Assembly (NCBI GenBank): GCA_040377305.1
Contig: JBEIPA010000007.1
Span: 163,880-227,879, forward strand
Direction of reading: 5' to 3'
From: Flavobacteriales bacterium
Lineage (GTDB): Bacteria > Bacteroidota > Bacteroidia > Palsa-965
Length of the DNA stretch: 64,000 nucleotides
Positions within the stretch are counted from its first letter, which is position 1. Each line of letters starts with the position of its first letter. Positions 1-9,400 of the stretch are shown piece after piece. The notes under the pieces are model-generated. The model saw only the letters and a program-made list of their open reading frames with translations. It was not told where the DNA came from and did no database searches. Both the position numbers and the translations under genes were made by a program.

Positions 1-485
1 TTGCGGATGTACATGCAGAATGAGTCGACACGAAATACCTGCTGACCGTATTTTGTTTTTGCCCGAAGCTTGCCTAGACCGATGAGCGACATCTTATCCA
101 CAACCGAATCCTGTTTTACATGATCGATGGTGACTTCCGGAAGCTCACGTCCATAGAGTTTGTACGATTTCGAAAGTGCAACCTGCTCTTTTCCGTTCGG
201 GAGCTTTTCATAAACAACGAGAACCGCTTCTCCGCCCGATTCAGCACGAAGAATGTACAGGGAATCTTTCTTCGTTGCAGTTCCGCCTTTCAGTTCGACG
301 CGGCTCATTTTGTTTTTGCTCTTGAACGTGATCTTCACCGCGTAATCTTCTTTCGTGTGAAACCAGGAGTCGTTCGGTACAACCGAAACTGTTGTAGACA
401 TGGACTTCACCAGGAACGTGTCTGTTTGCGCGCAGACGATGTTCATGGTGAAGAATGCGATGAGTGTGGCTAAGATACTTCTCAT
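1..485 (-). CDS. Secreted protein resembling GldM/PorM C-terminal Ig-like domains (3' end runs off the window)
   Basis: Not in the ORF track. Hand translation from the ATG at 485: MRSILATLIAFFTMNIVCA|QTDTFLV...ELKGGTATKKDSLYILRAESGGEAVLVVYEKLPNG...ELPEVTID...LGKLRAK...VFRVDSF, open to base 1. The ATG overlaps the upstream stop (ATGA, 482-485). The GldM resemblance is by eye. Confidence 0.7.
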   Translation of the reverse strand, partial: MRSILATLIAFFTMNIVCAQTDTFLVKSMSTTVSVVPNDSWFHTKEDYAVKITFKSKNKMSRVELKGGTATKKDSLYILRAESGGEAVLVVYEKLPNGKEQVALSKSYKLYGRELPEVTIDHVKQDSVVDKMSLIGLGKLRAKTKYGQQVFRVDSFCMYIR

Positions 486-2107
486 GTTCTTTCTTTAAGC
501 GTACCGGTGAGGTCTTCAATACCTAATATATTTCGCGCCTCAATTCCGTTTTTAACAGCGGTTGGAGATACTTCGAACTTAAATATAGCTTCTTTCGCAT
601 TATCCTTTTTCATTTTCTCAATAGCCGCGTTAAAATCATCGGTACTGCAGGTTGCAAGACGACCGTCTTTCGTAACTGCCCAAAGCATATTGTCGGCCAG
701 CGTGTCGAATCGGAATGCATTCAGATTGTAGTACTGATACAATGCGTTCACGTTCTTCTGCACGAGGAATACTTTTGCAGCATCGAGTGGTTTTCCGTCA
801 CCGCGATCTGTCTTCGCGAAAATTTCCAATCCTTCGGGCATGCTCATCGGGCAATCAGAATTCCACATTCCGAAATCGGAGATGATAAATTCACGCATGA
901 TGATGGATTCGGTATTGCCTTGCAGATTTGCAGCAGCGCGCATTTGTCGCGCACGTTCAGCAAGTGTATCATTCACCCAAATGCGGTGACGATCCTGTTC
1001 TTCCAATACGACTTGCATGGCATCGGCGCGTTTCTTCTCGAGCTCTTCGCGCTGTTTCACGCCTGCTTCGTATTCGGCATAACGCTCTTCCCACGATTTC
1101 TGTGCAGCCGCAAAATCTTTCTGGTCAACAACGGGTTGCGTAACGTACATCGCCTCGCGCGAACCAGCAGTGAATGTGATTCTGAAATTCGCATTGTTCT
1201 TCATGCGCTTGATGGCAACATCTTCCCAGGCAATTTTCTTATCCTCTTTGTTGTACGGTGTTTGATTCTCGTCTACTTCAAAACGTACTCCTTTGTAAGT
1301 CACCAGCTCCGGAAATTCATACGGATCGAATGAAATCGCGAATGAAGGTTTGTTCTTGTCGGCAACTTTCGGCGCCACTGGGGGTTCTGTCATTACTTGA
1401 ACAGCCCCAACTTTTTGCGGATCAGTTGAATCGGCGCTCGGTGGATTGTAGACAACCGCTTTCTCATCATTCACGTATTCCCATTTCTTCGCTGCTGTAT
1501 CGAGGTAGTATGTGTTGAAGCGATCTTCGTCGCTGTTCGAAACAATAGCCACGTGAATCATGGAATCCGGATTTACTTTCAGCGGCTTTCCGTTCTGCCA
1601 CGCAGAGATTTCGATCATACCGGCAGATTCAAAATTGTATTGCGTTCCGGCAGAATCGTATGTCATAGGAATTCCAGCCATAAAGATTTTCGCCGGATCG
1701 TGGAATTCTTTGTAGCGCAATTCAACTGCACCGCTCACCGGATTTCCTGCACTATCTAAGAATGCAGAGCCTGGAACGCTGATGATGCTTCCGTTGGAAT
1801 TGAAATACATTCCGCCTTTGGTGGCATCCACAGTGAAATTCGTATCTGCTTCTTCGGCTCCAACGAAAAGTGGTTGAATGAATGCAGTATTTTCTGCTGT
1901 TGGAGTTTCCGATTCGCTCATCAGCAGATATCCACCGCCAATGAGAATCACTCCGGTAACCGCTGCGATTGCATAGAACTTCGTCGTTTTAAAGAATGAA
2001 GGTTTCGCTCCCGAGTACGCATTCATGAACTCGTCGAAATTCTGTCCCTTCGCAATATCCGCTTCACTTAACGGTTCCTGGTTCCGATTGATGTTGTAGT
2101 TTTCCAT
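482..2107 (-). CDS. Single-pass membrane protein, putative anti-sigma factor / periplasmic sensor
   Basis: 541 aa: short N-terminal cytoplasmic segment, TM helix (FYAIAAVTGVILIGGGYLLM), large beta-rich region (IISVPGSAFLD..G..VSG.V.L.YKEF...FESAGM) and a coiled coil. Starts 4 nt after the ECF sigma stop. Confidence 0.6.
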   Translation of the reverse strand: MENYNINRNQEPLSEADIAKGQNFDEFMNAYSGAKPSFFKTTKFYAIAAVTGVILIGGGYLLMSESETPTAENTAFIQPLFVGAEEADTNFTVDATKGGMYFNSNGSIISVPGSAFLDSAGNPVSGAVELRYKEFHDPAKIFMAGIPMTYDSAGTQYNFESAGMIEISAWQNGKPLKVNPDSMIHVAIVSNSDEDRFNTYYLDTAAKKWEYVNDEKAVVYNPPSADSTDPQKVGAVQVMTEPPVAPKVADKNKPSFAISFDPYEFPELVTYKGVRFEVDENQTPYNKEDKKIAWEDVAIKRMKNNANFRITFTAGSREAMYVTQPVVDQKDFAAAQKSWEERYAEYEAGVKQREELEKKRADAMQVVLEEQDRHRIWVNDTLAERARQMRAAANLQGNTESIIMREFIISDFGMWNSDCPMSMPEGLEIFAKTDRGDGKPLDAAKVFLVQKNVNALYQYYNLNAFRFDTLADNMLWAVTKDGRLATCSTDDFNAAIEKMKKDNAKEAIFKFEVSPTAVKNGIEARNILGIEDLTGTLKERT

Positions 2108-2111
2108 GACA

Positions 2112-2711
2112 CTATCCTAATGACGTGTAAATTGTTTTGAGTCGTTCGAGCAGTCGATACACTCTTGCCTTGGCCGCAGTTTCACTGATTTCTAAAATTT
2201 CGCAGAGATCTTTAAACGGAATCTTGTCGAAGAAGCGCATTTGCATGAGCGACATTTCTTCAGGATCCAGTTGTTGCAGACTTTTCATGAGCTTTGCATC
2301 TGTCTCTCCGGTATTCTCTGCACCGATTTCTGTCATCACATCGGTTACTTGTTCATCATCTATATTCACAGCCTGACGTACTTTGCTGCGACGATAAAAT
2401 CTGTTGAGTTCATTCAACGCTACACGAAACAGGAAAGCAGAGTAGGGAACACCTGTTGATTTATACTTTCCAATATTTTCGAGAGCCGACATGAAAACTT
2501 GTTGCGTTATGTCTCGCGCGTCGTCCTTACTCGTAGTTCGTCCGTAAACAAACTGGAGTATTCGCGCATAGTACCGGTTATACAATGGTCCAAAAGCTCT
2601 GGGATTTTGCTTTGCGGCTTCAATCTCCTTTTCTTCTGTAGCAATGTCGCTCCGGGTGGCGTGGTACCGGGATTCGATTGTCATAAATGTTCCTTTTGCG
2701 GTGAGGTACAT
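2112..2711 (-). CDS. ECF-type RNA polymerase sigma-70 factor
   Basis: Region 2 (AFGPLYNRY...DARDITQQVFMSAL...YSAFLFRVALN) and region 4 HTH (LQQLDPEE...FKDLCEILEISETAAKARVYR). The start may be the ATG at 2684. Confidence 0.93.
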   Translation of the reverse strand: MYLTAKGTFMTIESRYHATRSDIATEEKEIEAAKQNPRAFGPLYNRYYARILQFVYGRTTSKDDARDITQQVFMSALENIGKYKSTGVPYSAFLFRVALNELNRFYRRSKVRQAVNIDDEQVTDVMTEIGAENTGETDAKLMKSLQQLDPEEMSLMQMRFFDKIPFKDLCEILEISETAAKARVYRLLERLKTIYTSLG

Positions 2712-2774
2712 GAATTATTGCCTTGATTACAGGCATAAAGCATGTGGTCCGCAAAAGTCACACAAGATGGTAAA

Positions 2775-2898
2775 AGTTGGGAGATGGGAGTTGGGAGACG
2801 GGAGTAAAATCGGGTAAATACGATGAATTCATCCATTTTCGAGCGGTCGTCAACGAAAATACTTTTCAGTGTTCATTTACACCCGTCTCCGAACTCCT
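2775..2898. repeat. Inverted pair of heptamer tandem repeats (AG[T/A][T/C]GGG)
   Basis: agttggg agatggg agttggg agacggg at 2775-2805, with the complementary acccgtctccgaactcct at 2881-2898. Confidence 0.6.
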
Positions 2899-2900
2899 AT

Positions 2901-3506
2901 CTATTGTGTGACGACCAATTGCTGTGTATAAGCCACAGCTCCATTCACAGCAACTTGTGCCGTATATGTTCCCGCCACGAGAGAAGAAAGATCGACGTGA
3001 ACAATCTGTTCACTCTGCGAATGATCTTCGCTAAGCACAACTTGTCCCAGTGAATTGTAAATATTCACCGTTACAGTTTCTCCGGGTTGATGCAGCAGAA
3101 TATTCCAGCCAGAAGTTGTATTCGCCGGATTTGGGTATGTTGTTGTGATGTGTTCAGCAGATTGCTCTATTCCGGTTTGAGTTCCTGTTCCGCAGATGCA
3201 CATCAAGCCTTGTGAATTGACAATGGTAAGATTGCAGGGGAACGCACACAATGTCCAATACGTAGTGTCTGCTACCGTGGGACCGCTCATCTGTACACAT
3301 CCCATTGGATTCATGATGTATTGAAACGGTCCGCTTCCGCAGCCGGCTGCCACTGCGTCAACAGCCCATACGCCGTTGCATCCACTGGTGGGTGGAATTA
3401 CATACCAGGTGGTAATTGTTGTCTGCGCATTAATTTTCGCACAGAATAATAGAAGCAGGATTACTGCTGAGAGTAGAGTTTTTGTCATGTGTAAGTGTTT
3501 AGCCAT
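2901..3506 (-). CDS. Small Cys-rich T9SS type-A cargo protein
   Basis: Signal peptide ..KINA|Q, ~85-aa passenger with 7 Cys, CTD YPNPA...IYNSLGQVV...DLSSLVAGTY...QQLVV. The start may be 3488. Confidence 0.85.
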   Translation of the reverse strand: MAKHLHMTKTLLSAVILLLLFCAKINAQTTITTWYVIPPTSGCNGVWAVDAVAAGCGSGPFQYIMNPMGCVQMSGPTVADTTYWTLCAFPCNLTIVNSQGLMCICGTGTQTGIEQSAEHITTTYPNPANTTSGWNILLHQPGETVTVNIYNSLGQVVLSEDHSQSEQIVHVDLSSLVAGTYTAQVAVNGAVAYTQQLVVTQ

Positions 3507-3600
3507 TGGGAAAATACGCTAATTGTTGCTCTTTTGCAAAAGAACACAGCAGTTGCCACATGAATCAACTGACGTTACCAAAAAATCCGACCGGTTGGCA

Positions 3601-4491
3601 TTACACCATTTCCGTTGCGGAGGAATATCTCTTGATAAATTCTGAAGGAGTGAGCTTCACCTTTTTCCGGAACAGTCTTGAAAAGTACGCGGTGTCGAAA
3701 TATCCTAGATCTGCAGCTACTTCTGCGATGTTGTTATCGCATTGCAATAGGTTCCGTTTTGCCTCCAGAATCACCCGGTCGAGAATAAGATCAGATGTAG
3801 TTTTACCGAAAGTCTCCTGACAGAGACGGTTCAATTGGCGCGTTGAGGTTTTCATCAGCAGTGCATAATCGGATGGTGCTTTAAGGATCATGAATTTTTC
3901 ATCAATCAGGTCGCCCAATTGTTTGATCTTATTTGGAGTCCCGGGTAAAAAATGGGAGTTGCTGTACGATTTTTTATACTCACGACTGAGATGGATGTAG
4001 AGCAGATCGATAAGCGAACAACATTTTTGATAACGCTCCGATTCTGTTCCCGACTGTTCAACGAGCAACTCTTTGAAATACGCTTCAGGAACCGAAAGCT
4101 GGGAAGTGTCTAACTGCAGAAAGGGATGATTATTAAGACAGAAATAAAATGGATAATCACGTAGATTCCGATTATTGAATGCTACCTCGTAAAAGTCACG
4201 TGTGTGCAGCAGGATGTATCCTTCACCGTCGATGCAATCAATAAGGCGGTGAATTTGACCTGGGGACATAAAGAAAACGCTTCCCGGCCGCACCTCATAG
4301 GTCTTGAAATCAATTTCTTGTTTTCCATTTCCTGCTATGCACAGAAAAACAAAGTAGAAGTCGTGTTTGTGAGGTTGTCGTATAAGATCGTGTTTTTCCA
4401 GGTGTTCGGACAGCAGGGTCACAAACATACCAGGCTCCTGGTCGGTTTGGGATAATTTCTCAATGGTATGCACGGGGTAAACGGCTTTCAT
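3601..4491 (-). CDS. AraC-family transcriptional regulator
   Basis: Cupin arm (PHKHDFY...FMSPGQIH) and double HTH (IAEVAADLGYFDTAYFSRLFRK..LTPSEF). Confidence 0.95.
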   Translation of the reverse strand: MKAVYPVHTIEKLSQTDQEPGMFVTLLSEHLEKHDLIRQPHKHDFYFVFLCIAGNGKQEIDFKTYEVRPGSVFFMSPGQIHRLIDCIDGEGYILLHTRDFYEVAFNNRNLRDYPFYFCLNNHPFLQLDTSQLSVPEAYFKELLVEQSGTESERYQKCCSLIDLLYIHLSREYKKSYSNSHFLPGTPNKIKQLGDLIDEKFMILKAPSDYALLMKTSTRQLNRLCQETFGKTTSDLILDRVILEAKRNLLQCDNNIAEVAADLGYFDTAYFSRLFRKKVKLTPSEFIKRYSSATEMV

Positions 4492-4637
4492 GGGTCAGTG
4501 ATAGGCGTTAGGTACAGCAAGTTAATCAAATCCAAATTGTTTAAGGTTTTGGGACAGAATGGTCTTTTTGTCCAATCAAAATGTAGAATTCTGCTAATAC
4601 ACGATTTCCTTTACTGAGACCTTTGTTGCGCTGAAGA

Positions 4638-4967
4638 ATGATTAATAACGACGATATGGGCGATAGCGCAAATGCCGAGCTCATCAGGGAATTGCTTAAT
4701 GTGATTGCGGAGATAAAATTTCTTGTCGCACATAAAGTTCGCGCCCCAATTGCTTCAGCGAGTGGACTTGTTGTTTTATTGAGTGCGGAAAGCACAACCA
4801 ATGAAGACAAGGAAAGAATTCTGGGTTACCTGCTAAGTACAATAGATGAAATGGATATGAATACAAGACAAATAATGATTGCCTTAGTCCAGATTGAAAG
4901 GACATTCGACGATACTTCATGTGATGACAAGGAGGGGGGCCTTGCCACTGGGTGTGCTGAAATTTGA
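4638..4967 (+). CDS. Small protein consisting of a HisKA/DHp-like helical hairpin only
   Basis: H-box-like FLVAHKVRAPIASASGLVVLL followed by ILGYLLSTIDEMD. No ATPase domain. Followed by a hairpin. Confidence 0.6.
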   Translation: MINNDDMGDSANAELIRELLNVIAEIKFLVAHKVRAPIASASGLVVLLSAESTTNEDKERILGYLLSTIDEMDMNTRQIMIALVQIERTFDDTSCDDKEGGLATGCAEI

Positions 4968-4999
4968 AACGCGGCTATCTTTGGGAGACGCCGCGTTTC
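4966..4999. terminator. Hairpin between convergent genes
   Basis: gaaacgcggc ... gccgcgtttc, 10-bp stem. Confidence 0.55.
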
Positions 5000-5022
5000 T
5001 CGCACACCAGTCACAGTAAGAA

Positions 5023-5931
5023 CTACCGCGACACGATTATCCTCTTGGTGACTTTGCCTTCCAGTGTTGCGAGCTCTACAAAATAGAGTCCTGGTTGCTC
5101 ATCACTCAAATCAATGCTTGTTGGTATCGGTTCCAAATCAGTTGATTTATGTTCTTCGACAGTTCCACCTAAGGTGTTAAACACGATCAGAGAAATCAAC
5201 GAATTTGAATCGGCACTCACTTTAAATATTCCAGCGCTCGGGTTCGGATAAATTTCTCCGATGGAAATGTTCGAGAGCTTGTTGTTCTGATTCACAGGAA
5301 CGGTATTCTTGTTCACCGGATTCATCATCACTACATTATCAGGTACAAATACCGTGCTCATTTTAAATCCGTCGAGCCATACACCCGTATTTGCATTGGG
5401 GTTGCTCACCCGAACAGAAACATATTTTCCATTCTCTGGTGCAGTAAAGCGAATTACATTCTCTACCCAATCCATAGTGATTGAATTCGCAGCCACCGTA
5501 TATACTAATTCACCTTGCAATGAATCAACGTTGGTTATTCCAATCTGAACATTCGGAGAAATCGGACCACGTCCGCGAACCCAGAACGACAAGGAATACT
5601 GACTTCCTTTTACGAGCGGTTGTGTGAGTTCTAATGTTACAGCCTCAGACGTAACTCCTCTTTCAACGTTCGTTGCCAAACCAATAAACCAGTTTCCTTC
5701 TTTTGCATCACCATTACCGCAATTTGTGCTCGCGATATCGGGTCTGCGGAAGCTTCCGAACGCATGCGTGTTTTTTACGTTTGCGTTAAATACTTCTACT
5801 GATGTATTGATAAGGCACATGTTGCCGTTTTTCTCAAAACCACCGTTGACAAATTCTTGTCCGAATAAAATTGCGGGGAGCGGAAAAGCGATTGCTATTG
5901 CCGCCATACGCAAGAAGTGTAGCTGTTTCAT
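5023..5931 (-). CDS. T9SS type-A cargo with a jelly-roll / carbohydrate-binding-like domain
   Basis: Signal ..LFG|Q; FVNGGFE...LTQPLVKGSQYSLSFW...W...FTAP..; CTD IYPNPSAG...IDLSDEQPGLYFV...TKRIIV. Confidence 0.85.
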   Translation of the reverse strand: MKQLHFLRMAAIAIAFPLPAILFGQEFVNGGFEKNGNMCLINTSVEVFNANVKNTHAFGSFRRPDIASTNCGNGDAKEGNWFIGLATNVERGVTSEAVTLELTQPLVKGSQYSLSFWVRGRGPISPNVQIGITNVDSLQGELVYTVAANSITMDWVENVIRFTAPENGKYVSVRVSNPNANTGVWLDGFKMSTVFVPDNVVMMNPVNKNTVPVNQNNKLSNISIGEIYPNPSAGIFKVSADSNSLISLIVFNTLGGTVEEHKSTDLEPIPTSIDLSDEQPGLYFVELATLEGKVTKRIIVSR

Positions 5932-6453
5932 GTGTGCGAGAGATAAAATGAAACTTCTTGTGATTAGCTGTTACTATTATAACTCCGGATGTTTCAAAAA
6001 GTTACATGCGTCCGGACAATAAAGGTTGTTGCAATGCGTATGCCAGAAACTGCATTTGCCAGCAAAATGCTGTAAATCAACAGGTAATGAAAGTAGTAGG
6101 AAGCTTATATGAGAACGTAAAAGATCGTTAAATCGTACTTTGTGTAGGTGAATTTTTGGATGGTTAACCGGAATTCGACTACGGTTCCCGTAACGTTGTC
6201 GATACAACATTGCGAGGGTGGTGTAACTGACGAACATAATTTCAGTGTTGAAGATTGTCGTCAGTATCGGTTACTTTTTTCTAAGCCTCATACTTTCTCA
6301 TCCGATTTGAAACTTGCACACGTTAATTAATTGCGCATTTTATTCGCGCGATGTGTTAAGTCATGCGGATTGCATCATGTTCACATAATGTTGCGCTAAA
6401 CACATGGTTAGAAATTCAAAGGAATTTTGGGAACTCAAAAACCAGAATTCAAC

Positions 6454-9400
6454 ATGCGCAAGATTTTTACAGCTCTTACACTTCTATTCTCAGTTGGCGC
6501 TAGCGCTCAACTCGGTCCGGGATTAATTATTTCCGAGTTTCTTCCGAACCCTTCAGGAACCGATTCTCCTTATGAACAGATTGAGTTGGTGGCAACACGC
6601 ACAATCGACTTCGGCATCACACCTTATTCAGTTGTGGTCACTAATAACTCAGGTACCATTCAAGGTTGGATTCAGGGTGGAACAACAACGTATGGTTTTG
6701 AAATAACAACAGGAATAGTTAATGCCGGTGATGTCGTTTATGTTGGAGGTTCGTTAATGGCAACTTCAGGTGTAGTTCTTCGTTCGATTAACACCTTAAC
6801 TACGGGGGGTGATGGTTTTGGAAATCCATCAAGCGGACCTTTCGGTAACGGTGGTAGTAATGCTGATGGCGTTGCAGTTTTCGCTATGCCGGTCATGTCA
6901 ATTACACCTTCCAGTGTTCCGGTTGACGCTGTGTTTTGTGGGGCCGGACCAACCACTGGAACTGCTGTTGTAAATGCGGGTCTGGATGGCTACCAACTAC
7001 CGGTGAATGATTTATACCCCGGCGGCAAACTGCAGTCAGGTTCTTTCATTGCACCTGATCCGGGATCTGCGCAATACATCGTAAGTACAGGTGCGTTTAA
7101 TCCAGCAACAGGTGCATTCACAACTGCGAGAAACTGGATTGCAACTACAACACAATCGGATATGGTAACCGGAATTACGTTGGGAGCTGTTGCGTCTCCA
7201 TCTCTTACAATCTCAGGCACACACGTGTTTGTGAACGAGTCAGCAACATCAGTAAACGTTACCGTGAATGTGACAAACCCGAATAATGGTCAGGCTGTTT
7301 TCACACTTAGCTCATTGCCGTACTCCACTGCATCAGGTGCAGATTTTACACCGGTAACCTATGTTGTACCAGCTGCTGGTTCAGGTGCGCAAACAATCAC
7401 TATCCCGCTATTGACTGATGCAATTGCGGAAAAAGATGAATACATCGCGCTTTCGTTTACAGCATTGTACAACTCTTCCGCATCAGCAACTGTTGTGTAC
7501 TACATCTATATCAAGGATGATGACACGCCGGTTCCCGTTGCAACCAATGAAATATTTCTTGATTCTATTTCAACATTTCAGAATGGTGCAAGCGGATCGA
7601 ACTCAGCAGAAATTGTTGCACATGATCCGTCAACGCAAAGACTTTACATTGCCAACAGTATCGCGGCGAAACTTGACATTGTAAACTTTGCAAATCCAGC
7701 TTCTCCGACTTTGATCACGTCCATCAACATGATGCCAACGTACGGCAACATCAACAGCGTGGCAGTTTACGATAGCATTGTTGCCTGCGCAATTGAGAGT
7801 TCAACCAATCCGCAAGACTCCGGCATGATTGTATTCTTCAATTACAACGGTGTGTTCATCAAACAGGTGAAAGTTGGTGCAATGCCAGACATGCTTACGT
7901 TCAATCACGCAGGAAACAAAATTATTGTTGCTTGCGAAGGAGAACCAAATAACGCTTATACAAATGATCCTGACGGTACAGTTTGCGTTGTTGATATTTC
8001 AGCGGGTGTTGCTAATGTAACTCAAGCTAACGTTACGTTCATCGGATTCACTGCCTTCAACGGATCTGAAAATGCATTGCGCGCATCGGGAATACGTATC
8101 TATGGACCGTTCAACATGGCGTCGAAAGATTTCGAGCCGGAGTATGTGACCATTTCAGACAATGATTCACTGTGCTGGGTAACGTTGCAGGAGAATAACG
8201 CAATTGCAATGATCAACCTGGTAACAAACACAGTTTCAATTGTTAGTCCACTGGGTTACAAAAACTATATGTCGGCTGGCAATGCACTCGATGCATCTGA
8301 TCAAACATCCGGAATTGCATTGATGAATGCACCGATATTCGGAATGTACCAACCCGATGCAATCAGTCATTACTCGGTGAACAACCAGCTTTATTTGCTC
8401 ACCGCGAATGAAGGCGATGCGCGTGCGTATAGCGGATTGAACGAAGAATCACGTTTGAGCGGACTCACACTTGATCCGGTAGCATTCCCTTATGGAACAC
8501 AGATGAAGCAGAACACATTCCTCGGGCGCTTGAATTGCACGAATCGCCTGGGGGATACTGACAATGATGGCGACATCGATCAGATTTACACGTACGGTGC
8601 GCGATCATTCTCTATATGGAATGGAACAACAGGTGCACAAGTATTTGATAGCGGCGATCAGCTTGAACGCATTACTTCAACACATCCAACTTACGCTCCA
8701 CTGTTCAACATGAGCAACGGAACGGGTGCTGGCGTAGCGAAGAATCGCAGCGACGACAAAGGTCCGGAACCAGAGGGTAGTGCAGTTGCCTCAATCAATG
8801 GCGACAACTTCGCATTTCTTTGTTTGGAAAGAATAGGTGGAGTGATGGTGTGGAATGTGAATAATCCGGTTGCACCAACTTATGCACACTACCGCAATCA
8901 CAGAACACTAACAGCTGGACCTGATCGCGGCGCAGAAGGCATTATTTATATTTCTGCTGCGAACTCACCAACCGGAAGTGATTATGTAATTGTTGCAAAT
9001 GAAATTTCCAGCACGCTGTCGATCATGCAGGTAACAACGTGTGCAGAACGTGCAGGCGTTGCAGTTACTCCAGCATCATTTGATGGTTGCGCAGGTGGCA
9101 ACGTTACATTAACTGCAGCTACAGTTGCGAACACGACTTACCAGTGGATGATGGACGACGCAATCATCCCGGGCGCAACTACTGCAACGTACAATGCAAC
9201 TGCATCCGGTGAATACCAGGTGATGATCACGAACACAACTTTTGGTTGCAGCGGCAAAACAGAAATTGTTCCGGTGATTTTCCACGCAGCTCCTACAGTG
9301 AATGCAACGGTAACTTCGGGCACAATCTGCACAGGCACATCAACTACGCTTAACGGATCAGGTGCATCTACATACAACTGGATGCCGGGATCGCTGAGCG

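Noticed and set aside
120-519. Track ORFs 120..473 (+) and 241..519 (-)
   Set aside because: They are shadows of the real minus-strand gene starting at 485 in another frame.
5932-6453. Riboswitch or ncRNA in the long divergent intergenic region (also 31549-31801, 63501-63780)
   Set aside because: I could see no recognisable aptamer, tRNA or stable terminator pattern; an Rfam scan would be needed.
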